Source: Balanoglossus misakiensis (lineage: Eukaryota; Animalia; Hemichordata). From it: 64,000 nt of DNA. The notes beneath the pieces are model-generated. The model was not told the DNA's origin, ran no database searches, and saw nothing but the letters and a program-made list of their open reading frames with translations. Each line of letters starts with the position of its first letter. Position 1 is the first letter of the stretch. The translations under genes and the position numbers were made by a program. Positions 1 to 10,900 of this stretch are shown here, in pieces. The DNA lies in assembly GCA_040954595.2 (NCBI GenBank), contig CM082583.2:900542-964541 (forward strand), written 5' to 3'.

Positions 1-850
1 TTTCGAAAAAAAGTCGAAAATGGTAATTTTGTCTTGGGTGATTCAAATTATACCGCCTTTTCTGGAATTTGCTGCACTTCTTACAAGAGAACGACACTTC
101 ATGCTCCATAATATTTCGGAAAATGAAGAAAAGAGTTATTTTTTATGATTTTTTAAAAATTTACCATTTTTGTCAAAATATGGCCAAAATGGCTATTTTT
201 TCTTGAATTCCGTCAATATATCTGCATTTTTGGAGTGGTCGAAAGTTTTAACATACAATCAACATGTCATATATGATCAGGGCACCAAATTCGAAGAACA
301 AAGGTTTTTTTATTTTTTTTTCTAAAAATGACATTTTCAAGGAAAATTTGGTAAAACGCAATTTTGTCTGCAGTGAGCCAAATTGGCCGTTTTTTGTGGA
401 ATTTGTATCGATATATATATACGAAGAGCATTCTATACTCCATCAGATTTCCGAAAATGTAGAAAACAGGTATTTTTGTAATTTTCAAAAATTTACCATT
501 TTGACCAAATTGTGGCTAAAATTGTTATTTTCGTGTTGAATGCCGCCAGTGTCACTGCTTTTAAAAGTCATAAAAACTTTTAACATACAAGCAATTGTTT
601 ATATATGATCAGGTCACCGAATTAAAAAAATAAAGAATGTTTTGCCTAAAAATGACCTTTTTGGTGCAAAAACGAATAAAACGCAATTTTGTATTAAATC
701 AGAGTGCATTTTTTATAATCAGCACCATTTTTACATATAATGGAAATTTCATACATCATCAGATATCCAAATATGAAAAAATGATTTAGATTTTAGATGA
801 TTGTCCAAAATTAGCTGATATGTAATAAATGTAGTATTGAACCGTTCTGT
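1..850. repeat. AT-rich sub-block (representative copy): degenerate ~165-170 bp monomers organised as ~333 bp dimers
   Basis: An AAAA(T/C)G..ATTTT.T-like motif occurs at ~17, 186, 353, 518 and 678. Closer matches occur at dimer spacing: AAAATTTACCATTTT ~157/488, TTTTAACATACAA ~246/578, ATATATGATCAGG ~269/601, CTAAAAATGAC ~322/646, TAAAACGCAATTTTGT ~352/677. Confidence 0.85.
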
Positions 851-851
851 T

Positions 852-863
852 CCCCCCCCCCCC
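852..863. repeat. Poly-C tract of variable length marking the AT-rich/GC-rich boundary of every unit (representative copy)
   Basis: C12 here; roughly C9-C16 in other units. Flanked by the 7-bp inverted repeat AATGTAG...CTACATT. Confidence 0.95.
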
Positions 864-1073
864 TACATTATATGCGGTACGCCGATGTCAGCTTACCCGG
901 CAGTACTGCAGGCCGTGCCCCCAACTAACGTCGGTGTTTGAAACGCCCTGGTTAAATTCGGGCTTTCTCTATAAATTGACAGGCAATAATGCAGTCCTAC
1001 TGGAACAAATGTCAAGTGTTGAACCGTTGTGACTTTCCCTGTTCGGTTTGCCCGACTTAGCCAACGTCTTTGT

Positions 1074-1940
1074 ACTAGAGTGTCGGGTCTTTTGCAGAGC
1101 CAGGCCGAAGGAAATCCGACTTGATCACCGTTGCTAACGAACGCTAGTGTCTGTCATGGTGTGCCGGGGTTTTAGTCGAGCCAGGCCGTAGGAGATCTGA
1201 CTTGATCATCGTGGTCAATGTACGCGTGTTTCCGCTCTAAAGTGCCGGGGCTTCAGCTAAACCAGGCCGTAGGAAATCCGACGTAATCACCGTTGATAAC
1301 TTGCGCCAGTCTGTGTCATATAGAGCCGGTGCACCAGCCGAGTCACGCCGTAGGAAATCTGACTTGATCAACGTGGTCAATGTACGCCTGTTTCTGCTCT
1401 AGAGTGCCGGGGCTTCAGCTGAGCCAGGCCGTAGGAAACCCGACGTGATTACCGTTGTTAACTTACGCCAGTCTGTGTCCTATATATAGTGCCGGGGCAT
1501 CAGCCGTGCCAGGCCGAAGGAAATGTGAGTAGATCAACGTGGTCTCTGTACGCGTGTTTCTGCTCTAGAGTGCCAGGGCTTTAGCCAAGCCATGCCGTAG
1601 GAAATCTGACTTGATCAACGTTGCTAACGAACGCTAGTGTCTGTCATAGTGTGCCATGGTTTTAGTCGAGCCAAGCCGTAGGAGATCAGACTTGATCAAC
1701 GTGGTCTCTGTACGCGTGTTTCTGCTCTAGAGTGCCGGGGCTTTATCCAAGCCATGCCGTAGAAAATCTGACTTGATCACCGTTGCTAACGTACGCTAGT
1801 GTCTGTCATATTGTGACGGTGATTTAGCGGAGCCAGGCCGTAGAAAAATCGACATGTTCAACGTTACCAGTGTGCAACTGTTTCTGCTCTAGAGTGTCAG
1901 GGTTTTAGCCGACTTATGCTGTAGGAAATCTGAGTTGATG
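1074..1940. repeat. 81-bp minisatellite sub-array (representative copy): 10 full monomers plus partial ends, alternating two types (162-bp dimer)
   Basis: The RAGCCAGGCCGTAGGAAATCTGACTTGATC-like core starts at 1097, 1178, 1259, 1340, 1421, 1506, 1587, 1668, 1749, 1830 and 1911. Spacing is 81 bp, except one 85-bp monomer with an extra TATA. Second halves alternate GTTGCTAACGAACGCTAGTGTCTGTCAT-type and GTGGTC..TGTACGCGTGTTTCTGCTCTAGAG-type. Confidence 0.95.
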
Positions 1941-4900
1941 AATGGGAATTCAATGTTAGAAAACCCGTGTGGAAAGTATCTCTACCAGTTTGAAACTAAG
2001 AAAAGAATTTATTCTTATTTATTTTGTAACAAAGACAATTTTTCGAAAAAAAGTCCGAAAATGGTAATTTTGTCTTGGGTGATTCAAATTATACCGCCTT
2101 TTCTGGAATTTGCTGCACTTCTTACAAGAGAACGACACTTCATGCTCCATAATATTTCGGAAAATGAAGAAAAGAGTTATTTTTTTATGATTTTTTAAAA
2201 ATTTACCATTTTTGTCAAAATATGGCCAAAATGGCTATTTTTCTTGAATTCCGTCAATATATCTGCATTTTTGGAGTGGTCGAAAGTTTTAACATACAAT
2301 CAACATGTCATATATGATCAGGGCACCAAATTCGAAGAACTAAGGTTTTTTTCTTTTTTTTCTTCTAAAAATGACATTTTCAAGGAAAATTTGGTAAAAC
2401 GCAATTTTGTCTGCAGTGAGCCAAATTAGACGGTCTTTTGTGGAATTTGTATCGATATATACATACGAAGAGCATTCTATACTCCATCAGATTTCCGAAA
2501 ATGTAGAAAACAGGTATTTTTTTGTAATTTTCAAAAATTTACCATTTTGACCAAATTGTGGCTAAAATTGTTATTTTCGTGTTGAATGCCGCCAGTGTCA
2601 CTGCTTTTAAAAGTCATAAAAACTTTTAACATACAAGCAATTGTTTATATATGATCAGGTCACCGAATTAAAAAAATAAAGAATGTTTTGCCTAAAAATG
2701 ACCTTTTTGGTGCAAAAACGAATAAAACGCAATTTTGTATTAAATCAGAATGCATTTTTTATAATCAGCACCATTTTTACATGTAATGGAAATTTAATAC
2801 ATCATCAGATATCCAAATATGAAAAAAATGATTTAGATTTTAGATGATTGTCCAAAATTAGCTGATATCTAATAAATGTAGTATTGAACCGTTCTGTTCC
2901 CCCCCCCTACATTATATGCGGTACGCCGATGTCAGCTTACCCGGCAGTACTGCAGGCCGTGCCCCCAACTAACGTCGGTGTTTGAAACGCCCTGGTTAAA
3001 TTCGGGCTTTCTCTATAAATTGACAGGCAATAATGCAGTCCTACCGGAACAAATGTCGAGTGTTGACCCGCTGTGACTTTCCCTCTTCGGTTTGCCCGAC
3101 TTAGCCAACGTCTTTGTACTAGAGTGTCGGGTCTTTTGCAGAGCCAGGCCGAAGGAAATCCGACTTGATCACCGTTGCTAACGAACGCTAGTGTCTGTCA
3201 TGGTGTGCCGGGGTTTTAGTCGGGCCAGGCCGTAGGAGATCTGACTTGATCATCGTGGTCAATGTACGCGTGTTTAAGCTCTAAAGTGCCGGGGCTTCAG
3301 CTAAACCAGGCCGTAGGACATCCGCCGTAATCACCGTTGATAACTTACGCCAGTCTGTGTCATATAGAGCCGGTGCACCAGCCGAGTCACGCCGTAGGAA
3401 ATCTGACTTGATCAACGTGGTCAATGTACGCCTGTTTCTGCTCTAGAATGCCGGGGCTTCAGCTGAGCCAGGCCGTAGGAAACCCGACGTGATTACCGTT
3501 GTTAACTTACGCCAGTCTGTGTCCTATATATAGTGCCGGGGCATCAGCCGTGCCAGGCCGAAGGAAATGTGAGTAGATCAACGTGGTCTCTGTACGCGTG
3601 TTTCTGCTCTAGAGTGCCAGGGCTTTAGCCAAGCCATGCCGTAGGAAATCTGACTTGATCAACGTTGCTAACGAACGCTAGTGTCTGTCATAGTGTGCCG
3701 GGGTTTTAGTCGAGCCAAGCCGTAGGAGATCAGACTTGATCAACGTGGTCTCTGTACGCGTGTTTATGCTCTAGAGTGCCGGGGCTTTATCCAAGCCATG
3801 CCGTAGAAAATCTGACTTGATCACCGTTGCTAACGTACGCTAGTGTCTGTCATATTGTGACGGACATTTAGCGGAGCCAGGCCGTAGAAAAATCGACTTG
3901 TTCAACGTTACCAGTGTGCAACTGTTTCTGCTCTAGAGTGTCAGGGTTTTAGCCGACTTATGCTGTAGGAAATCTGAGTTGATGAACGGGAATTCAATGT
4001 TAGAAAACCCGTGTGGAAAGTATCTCTACCCGATTGAAACTAAGAAAAGAATTTATTCTTATTTATTTTGTAAAAAAGACAATTTTTCGAAAACAAGTCG
4101 AAAATGGTAATTTTGTCTTGGGTGATTTAAATTATACTGCCTTTTCTGGAATTTGCAGCACTTTTTACAAGAGAACGACACTTCATGCTCCATAATATTT
4201 CCGAAAAAATAAGAAAAGAGTTATTTTTTTATGATTTTTTAAAAATTTACCATTTTTGTCAAAATATGGCCAAAATGGCTATTTTTTCTTGAATTCCGTC
4301 AATATCTCTGCATTTTTGGAGTGGTCGAAAGTCTTAATATACAATCAACATGTCATATATGATCAGGGCACCAAATACGAAGAACAAAGGTTTTTTAATT
4401 TTTTTTTCTAAAAATGACATTTTCGAGGAAAATTTGGTAAACGCAATTTTGTCTGCAGTGAGCCAAATTAGACGGTCTTTTGTGGGATTTGTATCGATAT
4501 ATACATACGAAGAGCATTCTATACTCCATCAGATTTCCGAAAATGTAGAAAACAGGTATTTTTTGTAATTTTCAAAAATTTACCATTTTGACCAAATTGT
4601 GGCTACAATTGTTATTTTCGTGTTGAATGCCGCCAGTGTCACTGCTTTTAAAAGTCATAAAAACTTTTAACATACAAGCAATTGTTTATATATGATCAGG
4701 TCACCGAATTAAAAAAATAAAGAATGTTTTGCCTAAAAATGACCTTTTTGGTGCAAAAACGAATAAAACGCAATTTTGTATTAAATCAGAATGCATTTTT
4801 TATAATCAGCACCATTTTTACATGTAATGGAAATTTAATACATCATCAGATATCCAAATATGAAAAAAATGATTTAGATTTTAGATGATTGTCCAAAATT

Positions 4901-7900
4901 AGCTGATATCTAATAAATGTAGTATTGAACCGTTCTGTTCCCCCCCCCCCCTACATTATATGCGGTACGCCGATGTCAGCTTACCCGGCAGTACTGCAGG
5001 CCGTGCCCCCAACTAACGTCGGTGTTTGAAACGCCCTGGTTAAATTCGGGCTTTCTCTATAAATTGACAGGCAATAATGCAGTCCTACCGGAACAAATGT
5101 CGAGTGTTGACCCGCTGTGACTTTCCCTCTTCGGTTTGCCCGACTTAGCCAACGTCTTTGTACTAGAGTGTCGGGTCTTTTGCAGAGCCAGGCCGAAGGA
5201 AATCCGACTTGATCACCGTTGCTAACGAACGCTAGTGTCTGTCATGGTGTGCCGGGGTTTTAGTCGGGCCAGGCCGTAGGAGATCTGACTTGATCATCGT
5301 GGTCAATGTACGCGTGTTTAAGCTCTAAAGTGCCGGGGCTTCAGCTAAACCAGGCCGTAGGACATCCGCCGTAATCACCGTTGATAACTTACGCCAGTCT
5401 GTGTCATATAGAGCCGGTGCACCAGCCGAGTCACGCCGTAGGAAATCTGACTTGATCAACGTGGTCAATGTACGCCTGTTTCTGCTCTAGAATGCCGGGG
5501 CTTCAGCTGAGCCAGGCCGTAGGAAACCCGACGTGATTACCGTTGTTAACTTACGCCAGTCTGTGTCCTATATATAGTGCCGGGGCATCAGCCGTGCCAG
5601 GCCGAAGGAAATGTGAGTAGATCAACGTGGTCTCTGTACGCGTGTTTCTGCTCTAGAGTGCCAGGGCTTTAGCCAAGCCATGCCGTAGGAAATCTGACTT
5701 GATCAACGTTGCTAACGAACGCTAGTGTCTGTCATAGTGTGCCGGGGTTTTAGTCGAGCCAAGCCGTAGGAGATCAGACTTGATCAACGTGGTCTCTGTA
5801 CGCGTGTTTATGCTCTAGAGTGCCGGGGCTTTATCCAAGCCATGCCGTAGAAAATCTGACTTGATCACCGTTGCTAACGTACGCTAGTGTCTGTCATATT
5901 GTGACGGACATTTAGCGGAGCCAGGCCGTAGAAAAATCGACTTGTTCAACGTTACCAGTGTGCAACTGTTTCTGCTCTAGAGTGTCAGGGTTTTAGCCGA
6001 CTTATGCTGTAGGAAATCTGAGTTGATGAACGGGAATTCAATGTTAGAAAACCCGTGTGGAAAGTATCTCTACCCGATTGAAACTAAGAAAAGAATTTAT
6101 TCTTATTTATTTTGTAAAAAAGACAATTTTTCGAAAACAAGTCGAAAATGGTAATTTTGTCTTGGGTGATTTAAATTATACTGCCTTTTCTGGAATTTGC
6201 AGCACTTTTTACAAGAGAACGAAACTTCATGCTCCATAATATTTCCGAAAAAATAAGAAAAGAGTTAATTTTTTATGATTTTTTAAAAATTTACCATTTT
6301 TGTCAAAATATGGCCAAAATGGCTATTTTTTCTTGAATTCCGTCAATATCTCTGCATTTTTGGAGTGGTCGAAAGTCTTAATATACAATCAACATGTCAT
6401 ATATGATCAGGGCACCAAATACGAAGAACAAAGGTTTTTTAATTTTTTTTTCTAAAAATGACATTTTCGAGGAAAATTTGGTAAACGCAATTTTGTCTGC
6501 AGTGAGCCAAATTAGACGGTCTTTTGTGGAATTTGTATCGATATATACATACGAAGAGCTATCTATACTCCATCAGATTTCCGAAAATGTAGAAAACAGG
6601 TATTTTTTGTAATTTTCAAAAATTTACCATTTTGACCAAATTGTGGCTACAATTGTTATTTTCGTGTTGAATGCCGCCAGTGTCACTGCTATTAAAAGTC
6701 ATAAAAACTTTTAACATGAAAGCAATTGTTTATATATGATCAGGTCACCGAATTAAAAAAATAAAGAATGTTTTGCCTAAAAATGACCTTTTTGGTGCAA
6801 AAACGAATAAAACGCAATTTTTTATTGAATCAGAATGCATTTTTTATAATCAGCACCATTTTTACATATCATGGAAATTTCATACATCATCAGATATCCA
6901 AATATGAAAAAATGATTTAGATTTTAGATGATTGTCCAAAATTAGTTGATATCTAATAAATGTAGTATTGAACCGTTCTGTCCCCCCCCCCCCCCTTACA
7001 TTATATGCGGTACGCCGATGTCAGCTTACCCGGCAGTACTGCAGGCCGTGCCCCCAACAAACGTCGGTGTTTGAAACGCCCTGGTTAATTTCGGGCTTTC
7101 TCTATAAATTGACAGGCAATAATGCAGTCCTACCCGAACAAATGTCAAGTGTTGAACCGCTGTGACTTTCCCTCTTCGGTTTGCCCGACTTAGCCAACGT
7201 CTTTGTACTAGAGTGTCGGGTCTTTTGCAGAGCCAGGCCGAAGGAAATCCGACTTGATCGCCGTTGCTAACGAACGCTAGTGTCTGTCATGGTGTGCCGG
7301 TGTTTTAGTCGAGCCAGGCCGTAGGAGATCTGACTTGATCATCGTGGTCAATGTACGCGTGTTTCCGCTCTAAAGTGCCGGGGCTTCATCTAAACCAGGC
7401 CGTAGGAAATCCGACGTAATCACTGTTGATAACTTACGCCAGTCTGTGTCATATAGAGCCGGTGCACCAGCCGAGTCACGCCGTAGGAAATCTGACTTGA
7501 TCAACGTGGTCAATGTACGCCTGTTTCTGCTCTAGAGTGCCGGGGCTTCAGCTGAGCCAGGCCGTAGGAAACCCGACGTGATTACCGTTGTTAACTTACG
7601 CCAGTCTGTGTCCTATATATAGTGCCGGGGCATCAGCCGTGCCAGGCCGAAGGAAATGTGAGTAGATCAACGTGGTCTCTGTACGCGTGTTTCTGCTCTA
7701 GAATGCCAGGACTTTAGCCAAGCTATGCCGTAGGAAATCTGACTTGATCAACGTTGCTAACGAACGCTAGTGTCTGTCATAGTGTGCCGGGGTTTTAGTC
7801 GAGCCAAGCCGTAGGAGATCAGACTTGATCAACGTGGTCTCTGTACGCGTGTTTCTGCTCTAGAGTGCCGGGCTTTATCCAAGCCATGCCGTAGAAAATC

Positions 7901-10900
7901 TGACTTGATCACCGTTGCTAACGTACGCTAGTGTCTGTCATATTGTGACGGAGATTTAGCCGAGCCAGGCCGTAGAAAAATCGACTTGTTCAACGTTACC
8001 AGTGTGCAACTGTTTCTGCTCTAGAGTGTCAGGGTTTTAGCCGACTTATGCTGTAGGAAATCTGAGTTGATGAACGTGAATTCAATGTTAGAAAACCCGT
8101 GTGGAAAGTATCTCTACCCGTTTGAAACTAAGAAAAGAATTTATTCTTATTTTTTTGTAAAAAAGACAATTTTTCGAAAAAAAGTCGAAAATGGTAATTT
8201 TGTCTTGGGTGATTCAAATTATACCGCCTTTTCTGGAATTTGCAGCATTTTTTACAAGAGAACGACACATCATGCTCCATAATATTTCCGAAAATGAAGA
8301 AAAGAGTTATTTTTTTATGATTTTTTAAAAATTTACCATTTTTGTCAAAATATGGCCAAAATGGCTATTTTTTCTTGAATTCCGTCAATATCTCTGCATT
8401 TTTGGAGTGGTCGAAAGTTTTAACATACAATCAACATGTCATATATGATCAGGGCACCAAATTCGAAGAACAAAGGTTTTTTTATTTTTTTTTCTGAAAA
8501 TGACATTTTCAAGGAAAATTTGGTAAAACGCAATTTTATCTGCAGTGAGCCAAATTGGCCGTTTTTTGTGGAATTTGTATCGATATATATATACGAAGAG
8601 CATTCTATACTCCATCAGATTTCCGAAAATGTAGAAAACAGGTATTTTTGTAATTTTCAAAAATTTACCATTTTGACCAAATTGTGGCTAAAATTGTTAT
8701 TTTCGTGTTGAATGCCGCCAGTGTCACTGCTTTTAAAAGTCATGAAAACTTTTAACATACAAGCAATTGTTTATATATGATCAGGTCACCGAATTAAAAT
8801 AATAAAGAATGTTTTCCCTAAAAATGACCTTTTTGGTGCAAAAACGAATAAAACGCAATTTTGTATTAAATCAGCTCATTCAGAGTGCATTTTTTATAAT
8901 CAGCACCATTTTTACATATAATGGAAATTTCATACATCATCAGATATCCAAATATGAAAAAATGATTTAGATTTTAGATGATTGTCCAAAATTAGCTGAA
9001 ATCTAATAAATGTAGTATTCAACCGTTCTGTTTCCCCCCCCCCCCTACATTATATGCGGTACGCCGATGTCAGCTTACCCGGCAGTACTGCAGGCCGTGC
9101 CCCCAACTAACGTCGGTGTTTCAAGCGCCCAGGTTAAATTCGGGCCTTCTCTATAAATTGACAGGCAATAAGGCAGTCCTACCCGAACAAATGTCGAGTG
9201 TTGACCCGCTGTGACTTTCCCTCTTCGGTTTGCCCGACTTAGATAACATCTTTGTACTAGAGTGTCGGGTCTTTTGCAGAGCCAGGCCGAAGGAAATCCG
9301 ACTTGATCACCGTTGCTAACGAACGCTAGTGTCTGTCATGGTGTGCCGTGGTTTTAGTCGAGCCAGGCCGTAGGAGATCTGACTTGATCATCGTTGTCAA
9401 TGTACGAGTGTTTCCGCTCTAAAGCGCCGGGGCTTCAGCTAAACCAGGCCGTAGGAAATCCGACGTAATCACCGTTGATAACTTACGCCAGTCTGTGTCA
9501 TATAGAGCCGGTGCACCAGCCGAGTCACGCCGTAGGAAATATGACTTGATCAACGTGGTCAATGTACTCCTGTTTCTGCTCTAGAGTGCCGGGGCTTCAG
9601 CTGAGCCAGGCCGTAGGAAACCCGACGTGATTACCGTTGTTAACTTACGCCAGTCTGTGTCCTATATATAGTGCCGGGGCATCAGCCGTGCCAGGCCGAA
9701 GGAAATGTGAGTAGATCAACGTGGTCTCTGTACGCGTGTTTCTGCTCTAGAGTGCCAGGGCTTTAGCCAAGCCATGCCGTAGGAAATCTGACTTGATCAA
9801 CGTTGCTAATGAACGCTAGTGTCTGTCATAGTGTGCCGGGGTTTTAGTCGAGCCAAGCCGTAGGAGATCAGACTTGATCAACGTGGTTTCTGTACGCGTG
9901 TTTCTGCTCTAGAGTGCCGGGGCTTTATCCAAGCCATGCCGTAGAAAATCTGACTTGATCACCGTTGCTAACGTACGCTAGTGTCTGTCATATTGTGACG
10001 GAGATTTAGCCGAACCAGGCCGTAGAAAAATCGACTTGTTCAACGTTACCATTTGTGCAACTGTTTCTGCTCTAGAGTGTCAGGGTTTTAGCCGACTTAT
10101 GCTGTAGGAAATCTGAGTTGATGAACGGGAATTCATTGTTAGAAAACCCGTGTGGAAAGTATCTCTACCCGTTTGAAACTAAGAAAAGAATTTATTCTTA
10201 TTTATTTTGTAAAAAAGACAATATTTCGAAAAAAAGTCGAAAATGGTAATTTTGTCTTGGGTGATTCAAATTATACCGCCTTTTCTGGAATTTGCAGCAC
10301 TTTTTACAAGAGAACGACACTTCATGCTCCATAATATTTCCGAAAATGAAGAAAAGAGTTAATTTTTTATGAATTATTAAAAATTTACCATTTTTGTCAA
10401 AATATGGCCAAAATGGCTATTTTTTCTTGAATTCCGTCAATATCTCTGCATTTTTGGAGTGGTCGAAAGTTTTAACATACAATCAACATGTCATATATGA
10501 TCAGGGCACCAAATTCGAAGAACAAAGGTTTTTTTTTTTTTTTTCTAAAAATGACATTTTCAAGGAAAATTTGGTAAAACGCAATTTTGTCTGCAGTGAG
10601 CCAAATTAGACGGTCTTTTGTGGAATTTGTATCGATATATACATACGAAGAGCATTCTATACTCCATCAGATTTCCGAAAATGTAGAAAACATGTATTTG
10701 TTGTGATTTTCAAAAATTTACCATTTTGACCAAATTGTGGCTAAAATTGTTATTTTCGTGTTGAATGCCGCCAGTGTCACTGCTTTTAAAAGTCATAAAA
10801 ACTTTCAACATACAAGCAATTGTTTATATATGATCAGGTCACCGAATTAAAAAAATAAAGAATGTTTTGCCTAAAAATGACCTTTTTGGCGCAAAAACGA

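Noticed and set aside
1128-1148. CGTTGCTAACG hairpin followed by CTAGT as a possible Helitron 3' end
   Set aside because: The stem is only 4 bp, the spacing is too short, and no Helitron 5' end or Rep/helicase remnants are present.
1395-1436. Minus-strand CCTACGGCC..CTGAAGCCCCGGCACTC resembling the 5' end of 5S rRNA
   Set aside because: The similarity is patchy, limited to about 35 nt, lacks the internal control region and the 3' half, and recurs at 81 bp rather than ~120 bp.
1097-1940. 81-bp (27-codon) period suggesting a repeat protein
   Set aside because: The monomer I translated has stops in all six frames, one monomer is 85 bp, and the ORF track shows no long ORF.
1097-1940. CRISPR-like regular array
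   Set aside because: There are no unique spacers (whole monomers are homologous), no cas genes, and the context is eukaryotic.
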